The position numbers and the translations under genes are program-made. From NCBI GenBank assembly GCA_963716725.1, contig CAVQUB010000032.1, positions 128,001 through 192,000 on the forward strand: a DNA stretch of 64,000 nt, in the 5' to 3' direction. Shown here one piece after another: positions 54,629-64,000 of this stretch. The first letter of the stretch is position 1. Each line of letters begins with the position of its first letter. The notes beneath the pieces were generated by a model, which searched no databases, was not told where the DNA came from, and was given only the letters and a program-made list of their open reading frames with translations. The stretch comes from an uncultured delta proteobacterium. Its GTDB lineage: Bacteria; Myxococcota_A; Polyangia; Polyangiales; Polyangiaceae.

Positions 54629-55553
54629 ATGGGAACGATGAGGACCTATCTGAGGCGGGCCGGGGCGGGGATTTCGGTTGTGGCCTTGGCCGCCGCATCA
54701 GGCTTCTCTGGGTGTTCGGCCGACGATCCGAGCGGCGTCGCCGGACCGAGCCTGGGCGGCTCGAGCGGCGATGCCAGCACCACGGGTGGCGCCGGCGGCA
54801 GCTCGGCCAGCGGAGGCAGCGGAGGCAGCGGAGGCAGCGGAGGGCTCGTGATCCCCGACGCCGATCCGCCCGACAAAGACACCGATCAGGACGGCGTCAT
54901 CGACACCGACGAAGGCAGCGGCGACGACGACGGCGACGGCAAGCCCAACATCGACGATCCCATCAACGACGGCCCGCCCCCGACGCTCACCTTCACCGCG
55001 ATCTCGACGACCTTCAACAACCCCATCGGTATCGACTACCACGAACCCACCAAGTCCGTGGTCGTCTCGGTCAACTACCCCAGCGGCACCCAAGATCGCA
55101 TCGGCGGGGGTCCACCTCGAGGGATCCATCGTTGTCCCCGACAAACCCGCGCGCTTCGGCCCCATCGCGGGCAAGCTGATCGCCGGCGCCGAAGATCAGG
55201 GGCTGCTCTGGGCCTTCGCCCCCGACGGCACGAGCGTCTCGTACAACCTGAGCGTCAAGGTCGAGGACATCGACCTGATCAGCGCGAAGGAGAACTACTT
55301 CGGCGTGAACTACGGCACCTCGAAGCTGCTCGGGGCCGCCGCTGACCAGTTCAAGGGCATGATCGGCGACGTCTTGCTGGCCGAAGAGTCCGTCGCTGCG
55401 GGCACCAGCGGCCTGTTTCGGCTGAAATGGGACGGTACGCAGCTGGTCGCGGAGCCCATCCCGCTCGGCGCGGCGTCGGCGATCGTGGGCCAGTGGGAGC
55501 ACGTCACCTTCGCTCCGACCGGCATCGTGGAGATCCCGCCGCCTCCGGCCTGA
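54629..55553 (+). pseudogene. Lipoprotein with DxDxDG Ca-binding repeats, frameshifted/internally deleted
   Basis: FSGC lipobox, DTDQDGVID, DDDGDGKPN; frame break near 55090-55150. Confidence 0.55.
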
Positions 55554-55604
55554 TCGGTGACTCGCCGGTGGCCGCCTCGCCGATTCGGCGATAGGTGGAA
55601 GGGC

Positions 55605-58475
55605 ATGCGTCGTTTGCCTCGGCTTGGGTCGATCCTGCTTCTTGCCACGGCTTGCGGGTCTCCACCGCCGGTCGAAAGCCCCGTCGCGCCGAGCGCGAGC
55701 ACAGGGCAGAGCGCGGCTCCGAAATCGGTCGACGAACTCGACCGACCGCTGCCGCTCGATGCACGGGTCACGAAGGGCAAGCTGGCCAATGGCCTGACCT
55801 ACTACGTGCTGCCGCATCGCAAGCCCGAGAAGCGCGCCCAGGTCTGGCTCGCCGTGGACGCCGGCTCCGTGCTCGAAGACGACGACCAGCGTGGGCTGGC
55901 GCACTTCGTCGAGCACATGGGCTTCAATGGCACCAAGCGCTTCCCGAAGCAGCAGCTCGTCGACTTCTTGGAGAAGAGCGGCGTGCGCTTCGGTGCCGAC
56001 TTGAACGCCTACACTTCGTTCGACGAGACGGTCTACATGCTGCAAGTTCCCACCGACGACGCGGGGGTTCTGGAGCAGTCGATCAAGGTGCTGCGCGACT
56101 GGGCCGACGGCATCAGCTTCGATGCGTCCGAGGTGGCCAAAGAGCGAGGCGTTGTCCTCGAAGAGTGGCGGCTCGGGCGCGGAGCGCGCATGCGCATATT
56201 CGACAAACAGGCGCCCGTGCTGTTTCACGGATCGAAGTACGCGGACCGACTGCCCATCGGCAAACCCGAGGTCATTCAGAAGGCCTCCCGCGACACCCTC
56301 GTCCGCTTTTACCGTGACTGGTATCGCCCGGATTTGATGGCGGTGGTCGCCGTCGGCGATTTTGACGCCAAGGCCATCGAGGCTCGCATCAAGTCCGAGT
56401 TTGCCTCGCTGAGTGGACCTGGCAAGCCGCGCCCGCGCCCCCGCGCGACGCTGCCCGCCCATGCCAAGACGCTGGTCAGCATCGAGACCGATCCGGAGCT
56501 GCCGAACGCAACCGTGGCCGTGGTGAGCAAGCTGCCGCATCGCCCCGAGGGCAGCGCACGTGACTACCGACGATCCATCATCGAGCAGCTCGTGGACTCC
56601 ATGCTCGACGCGCGCCTCGACGAGATGAAGCGCAAGCCCAACGCACCCTTCTTGAGCGGGTCGTCGTCCACCAGCGGCCTGGTGCGTACGGCAGACAGCT
56701 TCCGCCAGACGGCGAGCGTCAAAGAAGACGGCGTGGAGTTGGGTCTCAGCGCTTTGCTCGAAGAGACCCTGCGGGTCGAGCGCTTTGGTTTCACCTCGAC
56801 CGAGCTCGAGCGCGCCAAGAGCCAGATCTCGAGGCAGTTCCAGCAGGCCGTGAAGGAGCGCGACAAGCGCGATGGCGGCGAGTTCGCCGCCGAAATAGTG
56901 CGAAACTACCTGGAAGCCGAGGCGATGCCGGGTCGCGAAGCGGAGCTCGCGCTCGTCGAGAGGTTCTTGCCGGGCATCGAGCTCGCCGAGCTCAACGGGT
57001 TGGTCCGATCGCTCGGGGCAGGGAGCCGCGTCTTGGTGGTCACCGGCTCCGACAAGATGAAGAAGCCGAAGCCGGAGCAGGTCCTCGCGCTGCACGCGCA
57101 GGTCGAGAAGAAGAAGCTCGAGGCCTACGTCGACGCCGGCTCCAACCTCCCGCTGATGAAGGGGCCGCCGACGCCCGGGTCTATCGTGAAGACCGCTGCC
57201 ATCGCCGAGATCGCTGTCACGGAGTGGACGCTCTCCAACGGGGCGCGCGTGATCGTGAAGCCCACGGACTTCTCCAACGATCAGGTGCGCGTCGCCGCGT
57301 TTTCTCCCGGCGGACACTCACTGGCCAAGGATGCCGACTTCGCCTCGGCGCGCTTCGCGGACATCGCCGTGGGACAGGGTGGCCTCGGTCCCTTCGACGC
57401 GGTGCAGCTCAAGAAGGCGCTGGCCGGCAAGCTCGTCAGCGTGAGCGCGAGCATTTCGGAGCTGGAGGAGGGCCTGAGCGGCAGTGCGGCGCCGGCGGAT
57501 CTCGAGACCCTGCTGCAGATGGTGCACCTGGCCTTCGTGGCGCCGCGGCGGGACGCCGAGGCATTTGCGGCGTGGCGAGTTCGGGAGTCCGAGAGCGTAA
57601 AGAACCGCAGGCTCTCCCCCGAGGGCACCTTCTTCGAGGACATGACGGCGTTCAGCACCCAGAACCACCTGCGACGTCGACCCGTGACGCCGGCGTTGCT
57701 CGAGCAGGTCGATCTCGACCGTGCCCTCGCCATCTACAAGGACCGCTTCGCCGAGGCCGGGGATTTCACCTTCGTGTTCGTCGGCAACGTGGAGGTCGAG
57801 CGCCTGAAGCCACTGGTCGAGGCCTATCTCGGTAGCCTGCCGACCAAGAAACGCAAGGAAACCTGGCGCGATCCCAAGGTGATCCTGCCCGCCGGGGTGA
57901 AGACCAAGACGGTGAAGAAGGGCAGCGAGCCGAAGAGCATGGTGTCGCTGACCTTCCACGGACCCGAGAAGTGGTCGCGAGACACCGAGAACGACCTGCG
58001 CATGCTCGGCGAGGTGCTGCGCTTTCGTCTGCGTCAGGTGCTGAGAGAAGACCTGGGCGGAGTCTACGGAGTGCAGGTCGGCGGCGGCATCAACCGTCGT
58101 CCACGTCAGGAGTATCGCTTCGGAGTCTCCTTCGGCTGCGCTCCCGACAGCGTCGAGAAGCTGGAGCGGGCGGTCTTCGACGAGGTCGCCGCGATTCAGA
58201 AGAACGGCATCGGTGACGACTACATCACGAAGGTCAAAGAGGCGAGGCGCCGCGCCCACCAGACCGAGCTTCGGGACAACGGCTACTGGCTCAGGGAGCT
58301 TTCGCGGGCCTATTCCTTCGGCGACGACCCGCGGCTGATCGTCGATATCGAGCCCATGATCACCAAGGTCAGCTCCGATCGCGTGAAAGCCGCGGCCAAG
58401 AAATATCTCTCGACGAAGCAGTACCTGCTCGGGGTGCTCGAGCCCGAGACCTCGGCCCAACCGAAACAGCCCTGA
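55605..58475 (+). CDS. M16 family zinc peptidase (PqqL-like lipoprotein)
   Basis: GLAHFVEHMGFNG inverted HxxEH; NAYTSFDETVY; LREDLGGVY. Confidence 0.93.
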   Translation: MRRLPRLGSILLLATACGSPPPVESPVAPSASTGQSAAPKSVDELDRPLPLDARVTKGKLANGLTYYVLPHRKPEKRAQVWLAVDAGSVLEDDDQRGLAHFVEHMGFNGTKRFPKQQLVDFLEKSGVRFGADLNAYTSFDETVYMLQVPTDDAGVLEQSIKVLRDWADGISFDASEVAKERGVVLEEWRLGRGARMRIFDKQAPVLFHGSKYADRLPIGKPEVIQKASRDTLVRFYRDWYRPDLMAVVAVGDFDAKAIEARIKSEFASLSGPGKPRPRPRATLPAHAKTLVSIETDPELPNATVAVVSKLPHRPEGSARDYRRSIIEQLVDSMLDARLDEMKRKPNAPFLSGSSSTSGLVRTADSFRQTASVKEDGVELGLSALLEETLRVERFGFTSTELERAKSQISRQFQQAVKERDKRDGGEFAAEIVRNYLEAEAMPGREAELALVERFLPGIELAELNGLVRSLGAGSRVLVVTGSDKMKKPKPEQVLALHAQVEKKKLEAYVDAGSNLPLMKGPPTPGSIVKTAAIAEIAVTEWTLSNGARVIVKPTDFSNDQVRVAAFSPGGHSLAKDADFASARFADIAVGQGGLGPFDAVQLKKALAGKLVSVSASISELEEGLSGSAAPADLETLLQMVHLAFVAPRRDAEAFAAWRVRESESVKNRRLSPEGTFFEDMTAFSTQNHLRRRPVTPALLEQVDLDRALAIYKDRFAEAGDFTFVFVGNVEVERLKPLVEAYLGSLPTKKRKETWRDPKVILPAGVKTKTVKKGSEPKSMVSLTFHGPEKWSRDTENDLRMLGEVLRFRLRQVLREDLGGVYGVQVGGGINRRPRQEYRFGVSFGCAPDSVEKLERAVFDEVAAIQKNGIGDDYITKVKEARRRAHQTELRDNGYWLRELSRAYSFGDDPRLIVDIEPMITKVSSDRVKAAAKKYLSTKQYLLGVLEPETSAQPKQP

Positions 58476-58479
58476 AGCG

Positions 58480-59052
58480 TCAACGCATGCCGCTCGACGC
58501 GTAGGCAAAGAGCCCAGCAACGGCGACGAGGTCGAGCTCGAAGAGCAGCGACGTCGCGCTCATTCCGCGATCGTCGAAGGTGCCGTCGAGCCGGATGCCG
58601 ACTCGGAAGTCGTAGAGGTAGGCCGGAACGACCAGCTCCGAGAGCGCGCCGAGGACGAGGCGCCGGACGTGATCGTTGCCGTCTCCGCTGCCCCGAGGGC
58701 CGGCGAACCCGCCGACTCGGACATCGAAGATGTCGAAGCTCACCACCGGCACCGTGGCCATGGCGCCGTAGGACCACATGGTGTGGGTGCGCGCGTCGAT
58801 CAGGTACTCCGCGTAGGCCCCGAAGCCGAAGCCGCGTCCCGTCGAGGTCGGGTAGACCAGCAGCGCCGGCCGGAAGCCCCAGGTGAATGCGTGGAGCTTC
58901 TCTCGGCCCCAGGTGCTCCCGAGGGGCATCGAGACGTTGGCACGGACCGGCCACGCCGGCGGCCCGGCCTCGGCGTGGGCGAGACCCGGCGCGAGGACGA
59001 GCGCGAGGAGGCCGGATCCGCGCTTCAGCACTGCGATCATCGTCGCCGACAA
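58480..59052 (-). CDS. Hypothetical exported beta-rich protein
   Basis: Signal peptide ending AHA; amphipathic strands. Confidence 0.6.
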   Translation of the reverse strand: MSATMIAVLKRGSGLLALVLAPGLAHAEAGPPAWPVRANVSMPLGSTWGREKLHAFTWGFRPALLVYPTSTGRGFGFGAYAEYLIDARTHTMWSYGAMATVPVVSFDIFDVRVGGFAGPRGSGDGNDHVRRLVLGALSELVVPAYLYDFRVGIRLDGTFDDRGMSATSLLFELDLVAVAGLFAYASSGMR

Positions 59053-59167
59053 GCTAGCATGGCGCTACAAGTCGACTGCTGGAGCGCCATTTCCGGCGCC
59101 ACGCGGGCCGACTTGATCCCGGTCAAAGCGCGCCGAGCGCACGTCCGGCACCTAGAGACGACCTGCC

Positions 59168-60796
59168 ATGAGTGGAACCGAACACGACGTGATCATCATC
59201 GGGGGCGGACACCACGGGCTCACTTGCGCGGCGTACCTAGCGCGCGCCGGATTGGACGTGTGCCTGCTCGAAGGGCGCCACGAGTGGGGAGGCGCCCTGT
59301 ACACGGCGGAGGTCACCGCACCGGGCTTCTGCCACAACATTCACGCGAACTTCATGGAGTTCCTTCACATCATGCCCTTCTTTGCAGACTTCGATCTGCC
59401 GAGCCTCGGGGCACGCACCATCCACCCGGAGATCCAGGCGGGCATCGCCTTCCGCGACGGGCGCCCGCCGGTGCTGATCTATCGAAGCGACATGATCGAG
59501 GAGACGGCGAAGAGCTTCGCTGTGTACTCGGAGCGGGACGCCGACGCCTGGCGCGAGCTGAAGGCAAAGGCGAACATGTTCGAGCTGGTCATGGCCGCGG
59601 CGCTCTACACGCCGCCCGCCAAATGGAACCCGAACGAAAGCCTGCCCAACCCGCTCTTGGCCACCCAGAGCTCCTTCAGCATGTTCGGTCTCGACGAGGA
59701 GATGGCGTTCAAGACCGTCCGCGATTGCATCGACGAGTACTTCGAGTCCGACGAGGTGCGCGCGCTGCTCTACCGCGTCGCCATCGAGTTCGCCGCGCCC
59801 AGCCTCGAGTGGCCGGGATCGGGCTACTTTTTCCTGTTTGCCTGCCTGTTCATGCCGGGTTGCTGGCGCATGATGGTGGGCGGCACGCACCGACTCAATG
59901 GGGCCATGGTCACCGCCTGCATCAAGGAGGGCGTGACCATGCTCGAGTCGAGCCGGGTCAAGCGCATCCTGCTCGATGGCGGCCGCGCCGCTGGGGTCGA
60001 GCTGGTGGACGGCAAGCGCCTGAGCGCGAGGAAGGCAGTGGTCAGCGCGATTGGTCTCAAGGACACGCTGCTCGATCTGGTGGGTGCGGATCATCTATCG
60101 CCGTACACCCAGCGGCGCGCGAAGAATTTCAAAGAGGGGCCGGACCAGGTGCTCGGTTCGGTGGCGATGGCCCTGCACGAGCCGCCCAAGTACAAGAGCG
60201 CGCGCTGGGATCCCGGCATCGACCGCGCCTGGTACCAAGTGGTCGGCTACGACAGCGCCAAGGACGTGCTCGACTACTGCCGCGCCGGGCACTCTGACCG
60301 AGTGCCGGAGCTGCCGGCGGCGGCGGTGTGGGTGAACTCGCTGTGGGACGCGACGCAGGCTCCGCCCGGCAAGCACAACCTGACGGGTTGGTATTTCTTC
60401 CCGAAGGCGAGCGCGCTCAGCGAAGCCGAGTGGGAAGAGGTGCGCGTCAGCTACAACGATCGCTTCCTGAAGCTCTTTGGCGAGTTCGCGCCCAACATGA
60501 CCCGGAAGAACGTGATCGCGGACTCCCTTCACACGCCCCTCGATCAGGAGCGTGGCATGCGCATGCGCGAGGGTGATTTTGGCCACGGCGCCATGAGCTT
60601 GGATCAGTTGATGGGGCTTCGGCCCTTCGCCGGCGTGGCCCACCACGGCACCGAGATCCCCGGACTCTACCTGGCCGGCAGCTGCATGCACCCGGGCGGA
60701 GGCGTCACCGCGGCCTGCGGTTACAACGCCGTCAAAGTGCTCTGCCAAGACCTCGAGCTGCCGCCGGTGTGGCAGAACTCCAGCCGGTTCTACTGA
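59168..60796 (+). CDS. Phytoene-dehydrogenase-like FAD oxidoreductase (COG1233)
   Basis: IIGGGHHGL, GLYLAGSCMHPGGGVT. Confidence 0.88.
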   Translation: MSGTEHDVIIIGGGHHGLTCAAYLARAGLDVCLLEGRHEWGGALYTAEVTAPGFCHNIHANFMEFLHIMPFFADFDLPSLGARTIHPEIQAGIAFRDGRPPVLIYRSDMIEETAKSFAVYSERDADAWRELKAKANMFELVMAAALYTPPAKWNPNESLPNPLLATQSSFSMFGLDEEMAFKTVRDCIDEYFESDEVRALLYRVAIEFAAPSLEWPGSGYFFLFACLFMPGCWRMMVGGTHRLNGAMVTACIKEGVTMLESSRVKRILLDGGRAAGVELVDGKRLSARKAVVSAIGLKDTLLDLVGADHLSPYTQRRAKNFKEGPDQVLGSVAMALHEPPKYKSARWDPGIDRAWYQVVGYDSAKDVLDYCRAGHSDRVPELPAAAVWVNSLWDATQAPPGKHNLTGWYFFPKASALSEAEWEEVRVSYNDRFLKLFGEFAPNMTRKNVIADSLHTPLDQERGMRMREGDFGHGAMSLDQLMGLRPFAGVAHHGTEIPGLYLAGSCMHPGGGVTAACGYNAVKVLCQDLELPPVWQNSSRFY

Positions 60797-60804
60797 GGCG
60801 CGCC

Positions 60805-62409
60805 ATGGGCATGTTCGATCAAGGTTTCGACGCGATCATCATCGGCGCGGGCCACAACGGCATGGCGCTCGCGGCGTATCTGGCCAAGTCGGGTTGGTCG
60901 GTGGCGGTGCTCGAGCGACGCACCGAAGAGGGCGGCGGCCTGTGCACTGAAGAGGTCACCGAGCCGAACTTCTTGCACAATCTGCACTCGAACTACCACT
61001 CGCTGGTGGGCATCTGCCCGGTCTACGACGATCTCGAACTGACCCAGAACGGCGTCGAGTACGTGCATCCGGACGTCCAGATGGGCAGCATCTTCTCTGA
61101 CGGCACTGCGCTCACCATCCACACGGACATGCAGAAGACGGCCGCGAGCTTCGCGCGCTTCTCGCAGAAGGACGCCGACACGTGGATGCGCCTGTGGGAC
61201 GAGGTGAGCGGCTACATGGACTTGATGGTGCGCACGCTGATGTACGCGCCGCCCATCGCCTTGAACGACATCACCCGCGCGCTGGCCTCATGGGGCGTGG
61301 AGGACAGGAGCGAGTTCCTCACTGCCCGCCTCCGCTCGATGAGCGTCGCGGAGTTTCTGGACAAACACTTCGAGAACGACCGGATCAAGGCCATGCTGGC
61401 GTTTCACGCGGCGGTTTGCGCCTATCAGCCCCAGATCAAGGGCCTGGCGGTCAGCTATCCGGTGCTGCTCGGCAAGATCGCCAACTGGCACGTGTGCAAG
61501 GGCGGCAGCCACCGCCTGGCCCACGCGCTGATGCGGGTGATCGTCAAGGCAGGAGGGCGGGTTTTTCCGCAGGTTCCAGTGCAGAAGATCGTGGTCGAGG
61601 GCGGCCGCGCGGTCGGAGTCATGACGCCCGACGGCTTCGTGCGCGCGCACAAGCTGGTGGCGTCCAGCATCGACGTGAACCAGACCTTCGAGACCCTGCT
61701 CGACGCCGAGCTCGTGCCCGAGCGCACTCGGCGCGAGGTCGCCAAGGTGCAGTACCAAGACGCGACGCTCTTCAATGCGCACGTGGCCATGAACGGCCTG
61801 CCGCGTTACAAGGCCGCCGCCTTCGACGCCGACATCGATCGCGCCTGGATCCTCAATATCGGCTTCGAGAGCCTCGCGGACTTCGAGCAAGAGTTCGCCC
61901 TCGTGCGCGCCGGTCGCCTGCCCGAGCGGCCGCGACTGAACGTCGCGGTCAACTCGCTCTACGATCCGACCGACGCGCCGGAGGGCAAGGCCACGGGCCT
62001 GGTCCGGGTGTTCGCCCCATTTGCCCTCGACGAGGGCGGCGCCGAAGCCTGGAGCCGCGTCTCGCGCAGCTACGGCGAAGCTTGTCTCCAGCGCTGGCGC
62101 GAGGTCATGGTGGACGACGACGCACGCGGCATCGTGCGACGCTTCGCCACTGAGTCACCCCTCGAGATCAGCCAGAAGATGATCAACTACCGATTCGGTG
62201 ACTGGATGGTCGGCCGCGTGCACCCGAAGAACCTGCTCGAGCACCGCCCCACCGACGAGCTCGCCGGCTACCGCACGCCCATCTCCGGTCTGTACCTGTG
62301 CGGCGCTTCGCAGCACCCCCACGGCTACATCACTTTCGCTCCGGGCTACAACGCCCTGGGCGTCATCGCCGAGGATCTGGGCCTCGACAAATGGTGGGAT
62401 CAGGTTTGA
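60805..62409 (+). CDS. Phytoene-dehydrogenase-like FAD oxidoreductase (COG1233), paralog
   Basis: IIGAGHNGM, YRTPISGLYLCGASQHP. Confidence 0.88.
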   Translation: MGMFDQGFDAIIIGAGHNGMALAAYLAKSGWSVAVLERRTEEGGGLCTEEVTEPNFLHNLHSNYHSLVGICPVYDDLELTQNGVEYVHPDVQMGSIFSDGTALTIHTDMQKTAASFARFSQKDADTWMRLWDEVSGYMDLMVRTLMYAPPIALNDITRALASWGVEDRSEFLTARLRSMSVAEFLDKHFENDRIKAMLAFHAAVCAYQPQIKGLAVSYPVLLGKIANWHVCKGGSHRLAHALMRVIVKAGGRVFPQVPVQKIVVEGGRAVGVMTPDGFVRAHKLVASSIDVNQTFETLLDAELVPERTRREVAKVQYQDATLFNAHVAMNGLPRYKAAAFDADIDRAWILNIGFESLADFEQEFALVRAGRLPERPRLNVAVNSLYDPTDAPEGKATGLVRVFAPFALDEGGAEAWSRVSRSYGEACLQRWREVMVDDDARGIVRRFATESPLEISQKMINYRFGDWMVGRVHPKNLLEHRPTDELAGYRTPISGLYLCGASQHPHGYITFAPGYNALGVIAEDLGLDKWWDQV

Positions 62410-62900
62410 AGGACCGCCCGCGCGTGCAGTTGCTCGATGCGGACTCGGCCAGCGGGCTCGCCGATCTGCTCCACCAGTTCCTGGAGCAGACCGTGGATGC
62501 TTCTGAGGCCAAGGCCAATGCCGCCCGCGCGCTCCGGGGGGAAGTTGTCGTGCGCGCCTCCGAGGACGAAGCCATCGCCGTTCGCATCGCGTTCCGCGGC
62601 GACCAGATCGAGCTCAGCGACATCGGCGGGCAGGGTCCGGGCTCGGCGCCCAGCATCCAGGGCGATTTCCTGTCGGTGGCCCACGTGACCAGCGGGCAGG
62701 CCAGCCCCATGGCGTTGGTGCTGCGCCGGCAGTTGCGAGTGTCGTTCGGGCTGGCGCAACTTCCGTTCCTGTTTCGGGTGCTCGGATTCATGCGCGTGGA
62801 CGACGGCGCGCGGGCTGCTCGCCGCGTGCTCGTGCCCGCGCTCGTGCTCGTGCTCGCGCTCGCGCTCGTACTCGTGCTCGTGTTCTCTTTCCGCAAATGA
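62406..62900 (+). CDS. SCP2-like protein with C-terminal TM segment
   Basis: TTG overlaps the previous stop; IQGD...SPMALVLRRQLRV pattern; hydrophobic tail. Confidence 0.5.
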   Translation: MKDRPRVQLLDADSASGLADLLHQFLEQTVDASEAKANAARALRGEVVVRASEDEAIAVRIAFRGDQIELSDIGGQGPGSAPSIQGDFLSVAHVTSGQASPMALVLRRQLRVSFGLAQLPFLFRVLGFMRVDDGARAARRVLVPALVLVLALALVLVLVFSFRK

Positions 62901-62915
62901 ACCTGGAGGTCCCCA

Positions 62916-63365
62916 ATGCCCGCCATCTACTCGGACGCCTGGTACGACGACATGAAGACGCTGATCAACGGATCGCCCGAGTTCAGAAAACTGGCACCGA
63001 AGCCGCGCACGGTGATGACTCTGGAGGTCGTTGGCGACGGCAAGAGCCCGTACGTGCCGAACGGCGACGCCTCGTACTATCTGGTCGTGCTCGATGACGG
63101 ACAGGTGACGGAGTACCGGCCCCTCGCCGAGCGGCACGACGGCAAGGGCCTGGGCTTTCGCTTCACCGCCCCGGCGACGGTGTGGGAGAACATCGCAGCC
63201 GGTCTCTCGGACCCCATCACCTGCGGCCTGCGCGGTCAGATCAAGATCCGTGGCGACATGCGCTTTTTGATGCAGAACGCCGACGCCGTGAAGATCCTCG
63301 TCGACCTCTACGGTCGCCAGGGCCAGACCGAATGGCCCCAGGGAAAGCCGCCGTACCCTGGGTGA
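62916..63365 (+). CDS. SCP2 sterol-binding domain protein
   Basis: YSDAW, WENIAAGLSDPITCGLRGQIKIRGDM. Confidence 0.75.
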   Translation: MPAIYSDAWYDDMKTLINGSPEFRKLAPKPRTVMTLEVVGDGKSPYVPNGDASYYLVVLDDGQVTEYRPLAERHDGKGLGFRFTAPATVWENIAAGLSDPITCGLRGQIKIRGDMRFLMQNADAVKILVDLYGRQGQTEWPQGKPPYPG

Positions 63366-63456
63366 GACAGCGGTCATTTACGACCTGGGTCCGAGCGGGT
63401 AAGCCGTTGACTGGTGCGGGGAGGCGGGTCGCGTCCCCATCAATCAGGAGGCAGCG

Positions 63457-64000
63457 GTGAACGATCACGTGAAGTACACGCTCGACGAGTCCGAGATCCC
63501 CAAGGCTTGGTACAACATCGCGGCTGATCTGCCGACGCCACCCGTGCCTCCCTTGCATCCGGGAACCGGTCAACCCATCGGCCCCGACGACTTGGCGCCG
63601 CTCTTCCCAATGGCGCTGATCCAGCAAGAGGTGAGTGCGGAGCGTTGGATCGAGATCCCGGACCCCGTGCGTGACGTGTACCGCCAGTGGCGCGTGACTC
63701 CGATGCACCGAGCGCGCCGCCTCGAGAAGGCGCTGGGGACGCCCGCGAAGATCTACTACAAGTACGAAGGCACCAGCCCGAGCGGCAGTCACAAACCGAA
63801 CACCGCGGTGCCGCAGGCATTCTTCAACAAAGAAGCCGGCGTGAAGCGCATCAGCACCGAGACCGGTGCCGGTCAGTGGGGCTCGTCGATGGCCTTCGCC
63901 GGAGCGCTGTTCGGCATCCAGGTCAAGGTCTACATGGTCAAGGTCAGCTTCGATCAGAAGCCGTACCGCAAGGCGTTGATGCAAGCCTTTGGCGCCGAGT
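63457..64000 (+). CDS. trpB: TrpB2-type tryptophan synthase beta chain (truncated by window edge)
   Basis: [47 protein letters not shown]. Confidence 0.9.
   Translation, partial: MNDHVKYTLDESEIPKAWYNIAADLPTPPVPPLHPGTGQPIGPDDLAPLFPMALIQQEVSAERWIEIPDPVRDVYRQWRVTPMHRARRLEKALGTPAKIYYKYEGTSPSGSHKPNTAVPQAFFNKEAGVKRISTETGAGQWGSSMAFAGALFGIQVKVYMVKVSFDQKPYRKALMQAFGAE

Overview
High-GC bacterial window whose gene content (many Gly/Ser-linker and Cys-rich lipoproteins, a MYXO-CTERM-like anchor, an AgmX/PglI-like domain, three-subunit sdhCAB) suggests a Myxococcota/Polyangiaceae-type genome; this assignment is inference. Scattered 1-nt frameshifts, very dense in acnA, suggest an imperfect consensus, so some pseudogene calls may be artefacts. 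Layout: arsM-marR operon and accessory lipoproteins (0-9.5 kb); a ~15 kb accessory hotspot (9.9-24.5 kb) downstream of a tandem ArsA/GET3-like ATPase pair; then mostly housekeeping and secreted-protein genes (trans-sulfuration lyase, acnA, sdhCAB, M20, GST, M16, two COG1233 oxidoreductases with two SCP2-like proteins, trpB2). Two highlights. (1) The hotspot is punctuated by four co-oriented, mostly synonymously diverged orphan copies of the ATPase gene 3' part, each separated by different cargo (toxin-antitoxin modules, IS remnants, lipoproteins), with no integrase visible. (2) A candidate new selenoprotein at 45086-45812 (-) has an in-frame TGA directly after an A-R-A signal-peptidase site, followed by a hairpin whose GGUC loop lies at the same positions (22-25) as in the E. 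coli fdhF SECIS. All family names come from motif recognition; no database search was run.
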